Virus record (IMG/VR): IMGVR_UViG_3300032290_001086
DNA: 64,000 nt
Source of the DNA: a virus
Lineage: Duplodnaviria; Caudoviricetes
Reading direction: 5' to 3' (one strand)
A model generated the notes under the pieces. It saw only the letters and a list, made by a program, of their open reading frames with translations. It did not search any database and was not told where the DNA came from. This document shows positions 15,018-24,873 of the stretch, piece after piece. The first letter of the stretch is position 1. The number at the start of each line of letters is the position of its first letter. Both the position numbers and the translations under genes were made by a program.

Positions 15018-15254
15018 ATGGATGTAGTAATTTACAGTAAGGAGAACTGCCCTTACTGCGACAAAATTAAAACTGTTTTTAATATTCAAAATATTAAGTT
15101 TGTAGAATACAAACTAGACCAAGATTTTACCCGAGAAAATTTTATCTCTGAATTTGGAGTAGGGTCTACTTTTCCTAGGGTTATTATTGATGGCACGTTG
15201 ATTGGTGGTGCTTCGGAAACTGTTCGTTATATTCAGGAGAACAATCTAGTATGA
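15018..15254 (+). CDS. nrdC: Glutaredoxin
   Basis: CPYC, TFPRV, IGG. Confidence 0.9.
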   Translation: MDVVIYSKENCPYCDKIKTVFNIQNIKFVEYKLDQDFTRENFISEFGVGSTFPRVIIDGTLIGGASETVRYIQENNLV

Positions 15255-15961
15255 ATGCCGTATGTGAAATTTCTTCTTTCATTGATATACTGATTGATGA
15301 CTTTGTAATTAATCGAAAGAAGCCTAAAGCAAATTTTATTAAATTTCTACACTCTGAAAATATTGATAGGAGAACTATTAATACCTTTGTAGAAACTAAG
15401 TCTGATTACATTGAATCTCAAATCAAAGAACTTGAACTAGCTATGAGTGGGTTGGACCCTCAAGTTAAGGAAGGTTATGGAAATTTTAGAAAGCCAGAAC
15501 TTAGAGAATTCAAAGAAATGCTTGAGCAGATTGTAGATGATTTGTATTCATATAAAGATAGCAAACGAATTATTCGCAAGAGAAGGAATATATCTCCAGA
15601 CAAACTCATTAAGTACATGAAATTGTATGAGACTGAGATTGAGATTGGTGGTCTTCCATACAAGACTCTTTCTGCAACTGAAATCATAAGTGCTAAACAT
15701 GTGTTTCTTTATAATGTAGAAACTAGAGAACTTACATATTATACTGGAAGATGTCTAGGTGTAAAGCGTACTATGGTTACTGGATTTGATTCTGAAAAAT
15801 CATGGGTTCGTAAACTGAGAAAGCCTGAGGAATTTCTACCAGAAGTTAATTCTTGTACAAAGTATAACATTGAACATATGAGTGGTCATCTTACTACTAA
15901 ACCAAAGGTTCCTACAGGAAGAACTAATACAAAACAAATTATTCTCAAGGTAGTTAAATGA
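15251..15961 (+). CDS. Conserved T4-like hypothetical protein
   Basis: VKEGY...KLRKPEEFL...PTGRTN. Confidence 0.75.
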   Translation: MNAVCEISSFIDILIDDFVINRKKPKANFIKFLHSENIDRRTINTFVETKSDYIESQIKELELAMSGLDPQVKEGYGNFRKPELREFKEMLEQIVDDLYSYKDSKRIIRKRRNISPDKLIKYMKLYETEIEIGGLPYKTLSATEIISAKHVFLYNVETRELTYYTGRCLGVKRTMVTGFDSEKSWVRKLRKPEEFLPEVNSCTKYNIEHMSGHLTTKPKVPTGRTNTKQIILKVVK

Positions 15962-16125
15962 GTTCAATTCCAGAAAAGTACCTAAATAAAAATGTAAGAG
16001 CAATGCTAAGTGGGAGGAGACAGACTTTTCAACAAAAGCCTAGCTTCCATTTTTCTAAGGTAGTTTCATTTCTTCAAAAAATCTACCGAGTGGAAGTTAA
16101 AATCTTCATTCAGGATAATACTTAG
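15958..16125 (+). CDS. Small hypothetical protein
   Basis: 55 aa ORF filling the operon gap. Confidence 0.45.
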   Translation: MSSIPEKYLNKNVRAMLSGRRQTFQQKPSFHFSKVVSFLQKIYRVEVKIFIQDNT

Positions 16126-16146
16126 AAACGGTAGAGGAGTAGAACC

Positions 16147-16383
16147 ATGTCAAGCTTACTAGTTCTAATTTCAGTTTTAGCGGTTGGTTTTGTTTTAATA
16201 GGTATGAGTTTTATGGTTGGGATGGTATTTGGATGGTTCGCTAATGAATATTTTAATCCTGTTACATCTGGAAACCCTAGTTCACATCCAGAAATGTATG
16301 ATGAAAATGGAAACTACATTACTGAAGAATTAATTGCTGTTCGTTTTGAAGAAGAAGAGGATGAGGATGATGACGAGGATTAA
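16147..16383 (+). CDS. Conserved cyanophage membrane protein
   Basis: TM helix followed by HPEMYDENG. Confidence 0.7.
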   Translation: MSSLLVLISVLAVGFVLIGMSFMVGMVFGWFANEYFNPVTSGNPSSHPEMYDENGNYITEELIAVRFEEEEDEDDDED

Positions 16384-16386
16384 CAC

Positions 16387-17265
16387 ATGATACTAGTTGA
16401 TATGAATCAGTGCATGATTAGTAACTTAATGATGCAGATTAAAATTGATGATGAACTTGATGAAAATATGGTTCGCCATATGGTTTTAACATCAGTTAAG
16501 TCATACAAGAAAAAGTTCAGTGCTGAATATGGAAAATTAGTTCTTTGCTACGATAGTAAGCATTATTGGAGAAAAGAATTTTTTCCGTACTATAAACAAA
16601 ACAGAAAAAAAGATAGAGAAAAATCATCACATAATTGGTCTCAAATTTTTGATATTCTCAATAAAATAAGAGACGAAATACGTGATAACTTTCCATACAT
16701 TGTGATGGAAAGTTATGGTGCAGAAGCAGATGATATAATAGCAACTCTATCTAAATATACTTCAATCAAGAATATTAAATTACAAAAACAAGATATTCCT
16801 ATAGAAAAGGTTCTAATACTTTCTGGCGATAAAGATTTTATCCAATTAAAAAAATATCCTTGTGTTTCTCAATATAATCCGCTACAGAAAAAATATGTCA
16901 GTGGAATAGATGCAAAATCTTATATTAAGGAACATATAATCAAGGGAGATAGGTCTGACGGCATTCCAAACTTTTTATCTCCTTCAGATACTTTTGTTTC
17001 TGGCAAAAGACAGAAACCTATTAGTAAGAAAAATATTGAAAAGTGGATTCAATCTGACCCAGAATCATATTGTAATACTGAACAACTTTCTAATTATCAT
17101 AGGAATTTAAAACTTATTGATTTTAGTATGATTCCCAATGAAATTGAAACTAAAATTATTGATGAATACGAACGCTTAAATAGTATTAAGCCAAACCATT
17201 TGTCGATAAATTATTTTATCAGCAACAAATTAGTCACACTATTAAATGAAATGGAGGATTTTTAA
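16387..17265 (+). CDS. rnh: T4-type RNase H / 5'-3' exonuclease
   Basis: ILVDMNQ, EADDII, SGDKDFIQL, GDRSDGIPN. Confidence 0.95.
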   Translation: MILVDMNQCMISNLMMQIKIDDELDENMVRHMVLTSVKSYKKKFSAEYGKLVLCYDSKHYWRKEFFPYYKQNRKKDREKSSHNWSQIFDILNKIRDEIRDNFPYIVMESYGAEADDIIATLSKYTSIKNIKLQKQDIPIEKVLILSGDKDFIQLKKYPCVSQYNPLQKKYVSGIDAKSYIKEHIIKGDRSDGIPNFLSPSDTFVSGKRQKPISKKNIEKWIQSDPESYCNTEQLSNYHRNLKLIDFSMIPNEIETKIIDEYERLNSIKPNHLSINYFISNKLVTLLNEMEDF

Positions 17266-17268
17266 ACC

Positions 17269-17721
17269 ATGGCTGAATTACCAGTTGAGAGACTTCTTTT
17301 ATCAGAAGTTCTACAAAAAATTTCTAACGCAAAAACAAAAGCAGAAAAAGTAGCTCTACTACAGAAGTATAAAACACCTGCACTACAATCTATTCTTATT
17401 TGGAATTTTGATGATAGTGTAAAGTCTTTACTTCCTGAAGGCGATGTTCCATACACTGTAAATGAAGCTCCAGTAGATACTGAGCATACAAGACTTCTAC
17501 ATGAATATAGAACTCTTTATAACTTTGTAAAGGGTGGAAATGATGGTCTACCTAATTCAAAACGAGAGACCATGTTTATTCAACTTTTAGAAAGTCTTCA
17601 TAAAGATGAAGCTGCGGTTATTTGCTTAGTCAAAGATAAAAAATTAGGCAAGAGATATAAAATTACCAAGAATGCTATAGAAGAAGCATATCCAGAAATT
17701 CAGTGGGGAAATAGGTCGTGA
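17269..17721 (+). CDS. Conserved T4-like hypothetical protein
   Basis: LPEGDVPY...KRETMFIQLLESLH. Confidence 0.75.
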   Translation: MAELPVERLLLSEVLQKISNAKTKAEKVALLQKYKTPALQSILIWNFDDSVKSLLPEGDVPYTVNEAPVDTEHTRLLHEYRTLYNFVKGGNDGLPNSKRETMFIQLLESLHKDEAAVICLVKDKKLGKRYKITKNAIEEAYPEIQWGNRS

Positions 17722-17722
17722 C

Positions 17723-17980
17723 ATGTGTAAAATCGTACATCAAGATTGCAATAAATCTCTAGCAAAAGATAAAACCCTTCCATTGAATTCTTATATTGTC
17801 ACATACGTACTTGACAATGAGACAAAATATGATATAGTAGTATGTAACAAACGAGCACAAATCTTTGACCTGTATTGGGATACGTACCGAGAAGGTCTAA
17901 AAGATATTCGTTGGACTGATGGAAAAGTCAACCCAAAATTTTGGGGAGTTGAACCAAAAGAAACTAAAAAGAAAAAGTAA
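17723..17980 (+). CDS. Conserved cyanophage hypothetical protein
   Basis: LPLNSY..YDIV..G.VNPK.WG. Confidence 0.7.
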   Translation: MCKIVHQDCNKSLAKDKTLPLNSYIVTYVLDNETKYDIVVCNKRAQIFDLYWDTYREGLKDIRWTDGKVNPKFWGVEPKETKKKK

Positions 17981-17982
17981 TT

Positions 17983-18735
17983 ATGAAACCAATTAAAGCA
18001 AAAGACCTACTTGAACTTGATACAAGACTTGAAGTTGTAAAACTTCAAGGATATCCAATTCCAGAACAAGTCATTTGGCAAGCAGGTAAAGGTGATTATT
18101 CTGAAGTTCCTATTCATACAGTGAAGGTTCCTCCCAACCAAGAATGCGGTGAGTGGATTGTTGAACAACTACTTGCAAACGAACGTGGACATTGGGGACC
18201 TATTGAGCATCCTCAGATTACATTTTCTTGTGCTGGCTTTGTTCACAATGTAATTGTTCAAGCAAGAACTCATCGTATTGGAACAAGTTGGGATGTTCAA
18301 TCTCAGCGATACACTGGAAAACGTGTAGTTAAAGTTGCTAACGGTCAACTTCCTATTGAAGATGTATTTTATGTTCGCCCAGAAGGTTTCTATACCAATC
18401 GTAAAGGGAAGAAATATGAATGGACTCAAGAACATAGAGCGAGAAAACTTGGACGTATTCTAAGTGAATGTCAAGAGTATGCTGAGTATTATGAGCAAGG
18501 AATGTGTGAAGAGCATATTCGTGACTACCTTCCTCAAGCAATCCGTCAAAACTTTGTAGTGTCCTTTAACCTTCGTTCTATGCTTCACTTTATGGACCTT
18601 CGTTCTAAGCTTGATGCTCAAGTTGAAATTCAAGCATTATGTGATGCATTTATCCCTGAGCTTGAGAAGTGGGCTCCCAACGTCTGGAAATATTATGAAG
18701 AAAAACGTCTGCATAGGGCACGGCTGAGTCCCTGA
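17983..18735 (+). CDS. thyX: FAD-dependent thymidylate synthase
   Basis: GHWGPIEH, RTHR..SQRY, NLRS. Confidence 0.92.
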   Translation: MKPIKAKDLLELDTRLEVVKLQGYPIPEQVIWQAGKGDYSEVPIHTVKVPPNQECGEWIVEQLLANERGHWGPIEHPQITFSCAGFVHNVIVQARTHRIGTSWDVQSQRYTGKRVVKVANGQLPIEDVFYVRPEGFYTNRKGKKYEWTQEHRARKLGRILSECQEYAEYYEQGMCEEHIRDYLPQAIRQNFVVSFNLRSMLHFMDLRSKLDAQVEIQALCDAFIPELEKWAPNVWKYYEEKRLHRARLSP

Positions 18736-18765
18736 TGCTATACTAGAATTATCTAAACTTACATT

Positions 18766-19314
18766 ATGAACATCTTTTATTTGAATTACAATCCAGTTGT
18801 GTGTGCTCAAGAGCATTGTGATAAGCATGTTGTTAAAATGATTGTTGAATATGCACAACTTCTTTCTACCGCTCATCGAGTTCTTGACGGTATTGGTTAT
18901 GTTGAACTTTCTGAAAAGAATCGTAAAGTCAAACGATTCAAACTCGATGAACCACGAGAATCAAATCTCTATAAAGCTTGTCATATTAACCACCCTTCTG
19001 CTGTCTGGGCTAGGAGTTCTAAATCACATTACAAGTGGCTATACGAACTCTTTGAACAGTGCTGTATTGAATACACCAGGAGATATGGCAAGTTTCATGC
19101 TACTGAATCTTTGAGAGCATATCTAAAATATTCTCCCAATAATCTTCCTGACTTTGGTTGGCAAGACCCCCCTCCTGCCATGCCCGATAAATACAAAGTA
19201 GCTGATTCAATTCAGTCTTACAAAAATTATTACATTGGGGACAAAGTTTCATTTGCGAAATGGAAATCTCCATCAACAATTCCTGAATGGTTTAAAACAA
19301 ATGCCAACATATAG
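18766..19314 (+). CDS. Pyrimidine-dimer DNA glycosylase / endonuclease V-like
   Basis: MNIFYL..HCDKHVVKM..HINHP..W. Confidence 0.75.
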   Translation: MNIFYLNYNPVVCAQEHCDKHVVKMIVEYAQLLSTAHRVLDGIGYVELSEKNRKVKRFKLDEPRESNLYKACHINHPSAVWARSSKSHYKWLYELFEQCCIEYTRRYGKFHATESLRAYLKYSPNNLPDFGWQDPPPAMPDKYKVADSIQSYKNYYIGDKVSFAKWKSPSTIPEWFKTNANI

Positions 19315-19531
19315 ATTTAGAGATAATAACACGGGTGAACATTTTGATAAATGGATGTACATGGCTGAACGAGAAACGTACTTGGCGGAAAATCCTCACC
19401 TTACACAAGTCCCCACAGGACTTAATGTAGTTGGTGGGGTTGGAGAAATGAAAAACCAAGCTCCAGATACTTTTAAAGACGTTCTTCGTCGCATCAAATC
19501 AAACCATGCACATTCAACTATAGACGTATGA
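19301..19531 (+). CDS. FmdB-like small protein
   Basis: MPTYRF...; ATG at 19301. Confidence 0.6.
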   Translation: MPTYRFRDNNTGEHFDKWMYMAERETYLAENPHLTQVPTGLNVVGGVGEMKNQAPDTFKDVLRRIKSNHAHSTIDV

Positions 19532-20283
19532 CCAGTTCACGCAGAAGAAAACCCGACCAATCATTTGCTGATATTCCAGCTAAAAAAATGAGAAGAAAAA
19601 GACCAATTGATAATGAGCACATGAGGAATATTTCTCCTCTTACTCCAGCTCAAGAAAAGGTATTTGAGGAATATTCTAATGAAAAGAATCTTTTTCTTTA
19701 TGGTGCTGCAGGCACTGGTAAAACTTTCGTTAGTTTATATCTTGCTCTCAAGGATGTCTTGAATGAAAAAACTCCATATGACAAAGTTTATATGGTTCGT
19801 TCTTTAGTATCCACTAGAGAAATTGGATTTCTTCCTGGAGACCATGAAGACAAGTCAAGTCTTTATCAAATTCCATATAAGAACATGGTGAAGTACATGT
19901 TTGAAATGCCAGATGAAGCATCGTTTGAAGCTTTATACGGCAATCTCAAAGGTCAAGGAACAATTAGTTTCTGGAGTACTTCTTTTATTCGTGGTACAAC
20001 ACTTGACAACTGTGTTATAATTGTAGATGAAAGTCAGAATCTTAACTTCCATGAGTTAGATTCGATTATCACTCGTGTTGGTCAGGACACTAAAATTATT
20101 TTCTGTGGCGATGTAAATCAAACAGACTTAATTAAAACCAACGAAAGAAATGGCATTTTAAATTTTATGAGTATTCTTCAAACAATGGAAGAATTTTCTA
20201 TGATTGAATTTGGTATTGAAGATATCGTTCGTTCTGGTCTTATCAAGAGTTATCTAATTAGTAAAATGAATTTAGGACTGTAA
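19528..20283 (+). CDS. phoH: PhoH-family ATPase
   Basis: GAAGTGKT, IGFLPG, FIRGTT, DESQN. Confidence 0.95.
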   Translation: MTSSRRRKPDQSFADIPAKKMRRKRPIDNEHMRNISPLTPAQEKVFEEYSNEKNLFLYGAAGTGKTFVSLYLALKDVLNEKTPYDKVYMVRSLVSTREIGFLPGDHEDKSSLYQIPYKNMVKYMFEMPDEASFEALYGNLKGQGTISFWSTSFIRGTTLDNCVIIVDESQNLNFHELDSIITRVGQDTKIIFCGDVNQTDLIKTNERNGILNFMSILQTMEEFSMIEFGIEDIVRSGLIKSYLISKMNLGL

Positions 20284-20951
20284 TGTTTGTACATTTAAAT
20301 AATGCTTCTTTGATTGATTTACAAGCTGAAACAACAGGTAACGGAAGGTACTATGTCACCCCTGCAGGTGATAAGTATCCTTCCGTTACTACTGTTATTG
20401 GGGCAAAATCAAAAAAATCTATTCTCCAATGGAGAAAAAGAGTAGGAGAAAAAGAAGCTAATCGTATTTCTTCCAGAGCTGCACTTAGGGGAACTAATCT
20501 TCATCTAATAAATGAAGATTACCTAAATAATATATTCAATGAAGAGAAGTACAAGGATAAAGTGCTTCCTCTATACATGTTTAAATGTTTAAAACCTTTT
20601 CTAGATAAAATTAATAATATCCATACTCTAGAGGGGGCATTGTATAGCGATAAATTAAAGCTTGCTGGAAGAGTCGATTGCATTGCAGAATACGAGAATG
20701 AGCTTGCAATTATAGATTTCAAAACATCTACTGAACCAAAGAAGCGAGAATGGATTGACAATTACATAGCTCAGGAATGTGCATACGCAATGATGTATTA
20801 TGAACGTACTGGGATTAAAGTAAAGAAACTCGTAACTCTAATTGCATGTGAGGATGGAGAAATTCAAGTCTTTCAGGAATATGACATTAAGAAATATATG
20901 AGCGTGTTATTAGATTACATTAGAGAATGGAAAATGCAAACTAATCCCTAG
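20283..20951 (+). CDS. PD-(D/E)XK (Cas4/RecB-like) exonuclease
   Basis: YPSVTTV, GTNLH, AGRVD, IDFKTS, QECAY. Confidence 0.85.
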   Translation: MFVHLNNASLIDLQAETTGNGRYYVTPAGDKYPSVTTVIGAKSKKSILQWRKRVGEKEANRISSRAALRGTNLHLINEDYLNNIFNEEKYKDKVLPLYMFKCLKPFLDKINNIHTLEGALYSDKLKLAGRVDCIAEYENELAIIDFKTSTEPKKREWIDNYIAQECAYAMMYYERTGIKVKKLVTLIACEDGEIQVFQEYDIKKYMSVLLDYIREWKMQTNP

Positions 20952-20957
20952 GTTCTA

Positions 20958-21263
20958 ATGGAGAATACAAAACAAATAAAATTAAAACAACCTGTTATTC
21001 CTAACACTGAAACTTTTGAACAATTTATTGAAGACAAATTTATGACAGCTACAAAATTTTCTATGGAAGTTGAAGAAATTGTTCGCTCTAATCAGGGCGG
21101 ACTTAATTATATTGAAGCAGTTCTTGTTTACTGCGAAAAATATAATATTGAATTGGAGAACGTGTCAAAATTAATTTCAAAACCGTTAAAGGAAAAAATT
21201 AAAGTTGATGCACAACGAATGAACTTTATGAAAAAATCATCGAGAGCAAGACTTCCTCTATGA
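20958..21263 (+). CDS. gp33: Late transcription co-activator gp33
   Basis: FSMEVE..YIEAV..LISKPLKEKI..RARLPL; synteny. Confidence 0.85.
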   Translation: MENTKQIKLKQPVIPNTETFEQFIEDKFMTATKFSMEVEEIVRSNQGGLNYIEAVLVYCEKYNIELENVSKLISKPLKEKIKVDAQRMNFMKKSSRARLPL

Positions 21264-21844
21264 ATGGTTTTGAAGTTTATAGATTATATCTATCTATAAA
21301 ATTACATTTTACAAAAGAAGATTTTGATTTTTTTCTATGTAACGGAAAAGCTAGAGCATCAGTTCAATCTTTTGAAAAAAGAAAAGATTGTTATTTTTTT
21401 AAAAAGTTAGCAACAAAATTTTCAAGGGATGAACTCATCCAATATTTTGTTGCTAACTTTATTGATAATGAGCATACTTGGATTGGAAGTATTTCAAAGA
21501 TTGAAAATTCTAAAGTTTATCCTACTTGGAAAAAAAGAATTCAAAGTATGTCATTTATCTTTGAGAGTGAGATTATAGAATTATTAAATGAACATAGCTT
21601 TGAAGATATATTTACAGTTACTGGTACACACCCACCATTAATAACAAAATATATGTCTGGAAGAGTGAGTTTAGAAACTCTTGTTATATTAAATAAGTTA
21701 TTAAATTACATTCCTGATTTTAATAAAAAAATAACTGAGCCTATTATATGGCCAGATTTAAAAAGAAAGGTAGTAAAATACGAACCTTTCATATCTATAG
21801 AGAGAACTAAATACAAGAAGATACTCTTAGATAAAGTAAATTAA
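21260..21844 (+). CDS. gp59: Helicase loader gp59
   Basis: YLSIKLHF..YFFKKL..SLETLVIL. Confidence 0.85.
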   Translation: MNGFEVYRLYLSIKLHFTKEDFDFFLCNGKARASVQSFEKRKDCYFFKKLATKFSRDELIQYFVANFIDNEHTWIGSISKIENSKVYPTWKKRIQSMSFIFESEIIELLNEHSFEDIFTVTGTHPPLITKYMSGRVSLETLVILNKLLNYIPDFNKKITEPIIWPDLKRKVVKYEPFISIERTKYKKILLDKVN

Positions 21845-22179
21845 TGTCTTTCTTTGAACAAGATTTAATTAAAAGTGAGTTAGAAGAAATGATGAATCTC
21901 TACATGGAGATACGTGAAAGCTTGGCTAACCCATTGAGTCAAACATTAGAAACTAAAAAAGAGTGTCTAGGTAAATTAGAGAGATTGGTAGAGTTACAAG
22001 AATTATTATACTTTAGAGCAAAATATTCAGAAGATTCTGAAGCAAAAGAATTTGCATCTACATTGAGAGACTCTGCAGTATTCTTAGGAATACCTCCAGG
22101 AACTGATTTGTCTGAAATATTTACACATATGAAACAAGACATCGCCAGTGCTCTGGAGAAGCTTGACAAGCCGACCTAA
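21844..22179 (+). CDS. Conserved cyanophage hypothetical protein
   Basis: MSFF..; lies between gp59 and gp32. Confidence 0.7.
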   Translation: MSFFEQDLIKSELEEMMNLYMEIRESLANPLSQTLETKKECLGKLERLVELQELLYFRAKYSEDSEAKEFASTLRDSAVFLGIPPGTDLSEIFTHMKQDIASALEKLDKPT

Positions 22180-22191
22180 CCCTGCTATACT
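22163..22191 (+). promoter_or_regulatory. Sigma70-type promoter of gp32
   Basis: TTGACA-17 bp-TATACT. Confidence 0.8.
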
Positions 22192-22217
22192 AGTCATGTA
22201 TTCGGTGGACAACGCTG

Positions 22218-22262
22218 AATCCAAACAATCCAATTAATCCAACTAATACGGAGAATCCAAAT
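22218..22262 (+). repeat. 9-nt periodic AATCCAAnn repeats in the gp32 leader
   Basis: aatccaaac aatccaatt aatccaact aatacggag aatccaaat. Confidence 0.75.
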
Positions 22263-23154
22263 GTCATTTGCAACTCTAAAGCGTAATTCATCTTCAGTCT
22301 TTGATAAGCTAACTAAAGAGATTGAAAAAAGTGCTTCATCTGAAGGTGGTTCAGATGAACGTCTCTGGAAGCCAGAAGTAGACAAAGCTGGAAATGGTTA
22401 TGCTGTAATTCGATTCCTACCTGCTACAGAAGAAGGTGGTATTCCCTGGGCCAAACTATACTCCCATGCATTCCAAGGTCCTGGTGGATGGTATATCGAA
22501 AACTCACTCACCACACTAAATCAGAAAGACCCAGTAGGAGAACTCAATCGCCAGCTCTGGAATAGTGGTAGTGAAAAGGATAAAGAAACTGCACGTAAGC
22601 AGAAGCGTAAGCTGTCATACTACAGCAATATCTACGTACTAAAAGACCCTGCAAATCCAGATAACGAAGGTAAAGTATTTCTATACAAGTACGGCAAGAA
22701 GATTCACGATAAAATCATCGAAGCAATGCAACCAGCATTTGCAGATGAAACTCCAGTAAACCCATTTGACCTTTGGGATGGTGCTGATTTCAAACTAAAG
22801 ATTCGTAAGGTAGATGGCTATTGGAATTATGATAAGTCTGAGTTTGCATCTACTGGAACTCTAGGTAACTTTGACGATGACCAACTAGAAAAAATCTACA
22901 ACAAGATTCATACTCTTGAAGAGTTTACTTCTGGAAGTAACTTCAAAACTTACGAAGAACTAGAGCGTAGGCTTCAATCAGTTCTAAGTCCTTCTAAGGT
23001 ATCCGCATTTAAAGCTGATGCCGAAACAATGGAGGAAGAGGAACAAATGGTAGAAGAAGTCTCTCGTCCAACTGTAGCTTCTCGTGTAAGCTCTACTAAT
23101 GATGATGAAGATGATACCCTAAGTTACTTCGCTCGACTAGCTGAAGAAGACTGA
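22261..23154 (+). CDS. gp32: Single-stranded DNA-binding protein gp32
   Basis: GNGYAVIRFLP, GKKI.DKI, NYDKSEF, acidic tail. Confidence 0.95.
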   Translation: MSFATLKRNSSSVFDKLTKEIEKSASSEGGSDERLWKPEVDKAGNGYAVIRFLPATEEGGIPWAKLYSHAFQGPGGWYIENSLTTLNQKDPVGELNRQLWNSGSEKDKETARKQKRKLSYYSNIYVLKDPANPDNEGKVFLYKYGKKIHDKIIEAMQPAFADETPVNPFDLWDGADFKLKIRKVDGYWNYDKSEFASTGTLGNFDDDQLEKIYNKIHTLEEFTSGSNFKTYEELERRLQSVLSPSKVSAFKADAETMEEEEQMVEEVSRPTVASRVSSTNDDEDDTLSYFARLAEED

Positions 23155-23172
23155 ATTAATTAGTAAAACAAT

Positions 23173-23197
23173 GGGGGGCGTAAGCCCCCCTTTTTTT
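23173..23197. terminator. Terminator between convergent gp32 and gp53
   Basis: GGGGGGC-gtaa-GCCCCCC + T7. Confidence 0.85.
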
Positions 23198-23879
23198 ATT
23201 TTATATCTGGAAGTCTGACACCAAGTTCATCTATATTATACTCAGTATCATATGCAAATAGTTTTGCAATTTCTTCTTTCATCTTTGTTAGATATTTTTT
23301 TTGAATTAAAAATATATCTTTTTTATTTTCATTTTTATCATATTCAAATTCTCTGAATGTAACTCTACGTAATACTTGGGGAGCTGCTAAAGTTTTAACA
23401 ACTTGACCATCTTTAAATGTAAATGTGTACTGGTTTCCCCTTGAGTCTTTTGGATAATAATTAGGATTATTTTGTTCTGTTCTACCTTCGTTCAGTTCAA
23501 TGATAACTCCACCAGGAAGAACTACTGCTCCAGCAGTATTTTTAATCTGAAAGGTTTCCCAATGTTTGATATTATTTTGTCTTGGACCATATTGCTTTTC
23601 TATTGAAACATCTAATTCGACCGCATCAACTGGCCAATCATTGTTAATATCAATAATATTATTTAAAAGTAAAATAGTCCAATACCATTCTGTAGATCCA
23701 TACTTATCATATGAGATAGATTCTGGAGTTTCTCCATCTTTGATAGTATATTTAAATGAGTTAATGTATAACGCATTTATGTTATCTCTAAATCTTACTC
23801 TTCGGAATAAATTTTTTGATAACTTTGCTCCTCCCTTTACTTGAGGATAATAAATGTTTGGCTGTGAATCAAAGAACAT
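23196..23879 (-). CDS. gp53: Baseplate wedge protein gp53 (LysM-like)
   Basis: YTIKDGETPESISYDKYG..WTILLLNNI..DWP. Confidence 0.85.
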   Translation of the reverse strand: MFFDSQPNIYYPQVKGGAKLSKNLFRRVRFRDNINALYINSFKYTIKDGETPESISYDKYGSTEWYWTILLLNNIIDINNDWPVDAVELDVSIEKQYGPRQNNIKHWETFQIKNTAGAVVLPGGVIIELNEGRTEQNNPNYYPKDSRGNQYTFTFKDGQVVKTLAAPQVLRRVTFREFEYDKNENKKDIFLIQKKYLTKMKEEIAKLFAYDTEYNIDELGVRLPDIK

Positions 23880-23880
23880 T

Positions 23881-24873
23881 TTAGTATCCTCCCTCTCCTG
23901 TTCCGAACTCTGTTACCTCTACACCAGTAATAATTTCTGTTTCTTTGAAGTCTAATGTCAAGTTATATGCAACTGGTGCTGGTCCTAATTTGTTTGAATA
24001 ATGTGTAGCCCATACTCCATCTGGAGTGTAATCAATACTTACATTTGTAAGCACACAGGGTTTAATTTTGGGTAAACTTTTAATATCATTATTGTTATTA
24101 TTGTATACCCAATTCAAGTTAAAGATTCTTGGTACAGATAACCATCTGTCACTAAGTTCATTAAATGAGTTTCCTTCTTCTCCTTCAAATGCAGAAGTTC
24201 CACTATAATTAGGGAGTGCATGATATCTTAATGCTTTAATAATATTATCAATTTTAATTTGCTCGGATTCACTTCTAGGAACTAATTTCCAGGTGAAGTT
24301 AAAGTTTCTCATGCTTACTCCGCCGAAAATTTGTTCCTTATATGGATTTAAAACTTTTCCAGCGATACCTTGAGTCAATGCTTCACCACTAATACCAATA
24401 CTTTTTTCACTTAATTGTTTTAATAACATTCCAGCAAGACCATTTTGTGCCAAGGTCTGTAAGTTTGTTCCAATTGCATCCGTATTAGAATCGGTAAATC
24501 CTTTTGCAATAGAAGGTAAAATCTTTCCAATAGCTCCAATACTTTGCTCTCCCCAATCCATTGAATCTGAGTAATTTACTTTTTCTGGAATTGGTAGTAG
24601 AATCGTAGCTAAAGATTTTTTTGCTTTTGCTCCAGAAGACAATTGAACATTACTTAGTGTTCCTTTGTAAGAGGAGGATGTCCCTGGAGTGGAACTGCTA
24701 GATTCGGATGCAGCCATTCCTCCCAATCCAGATTGTGTGATTGGAGTGAAGTCTACAATATCAATCTTTAATAGGTCATACTTAGCAACAGTATCTGGCC
24801 AATATAAGTTTTTGAACTGTTGACCTCCTTGACCTTCTGCAGGTGGGGCGTAACTTTTTGAACCAGTACTCAT
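23881..24873 (-). CDS. gp48: Baseplate tail-tube cap gp48
   Basis: NPYKEQIF.GVSMRNFNF.WKLVPRS..CVLTNVSIDYTP..L.FKE. Confidence 0.85.
   Translation of the reverse strand: MSTGSKSYAPPAEGQGGQQFKNLYWPDTVAKYDLLKIDIVDFTPITQSGLGGMAASESSSSTPGTSSSYKGTLSNVQLSSGAKAKKSLATILLPIPEKVNYSDSMDWGEQSIGAIGKILPSIAKGFTDSNTDAIGTNLQTLAQNGLAGMLLKQLSEKSIGISGEALTQGIAGKVLNPYKEQIFGGVSMRNFNFTWKLVPRSESEQIKIDNIIKALRYHALPNYSGTSAFEGEEGNSFNELSDRWLSVPRIFNLNWVYNNNNNDIKSLPKIKPCVLTNVSIDYTPDGVWATHYSNKLGPAPVAYNLTLDFKETEIITGVEVTEFGTGEGGY

Noticed and set aside
20283-20951. CRISPR-Cas component (Cas4)
   Set aside because: Core cyanomyovirus exonuclease in the phoH-gp33 context; no array or other cas genes in the window
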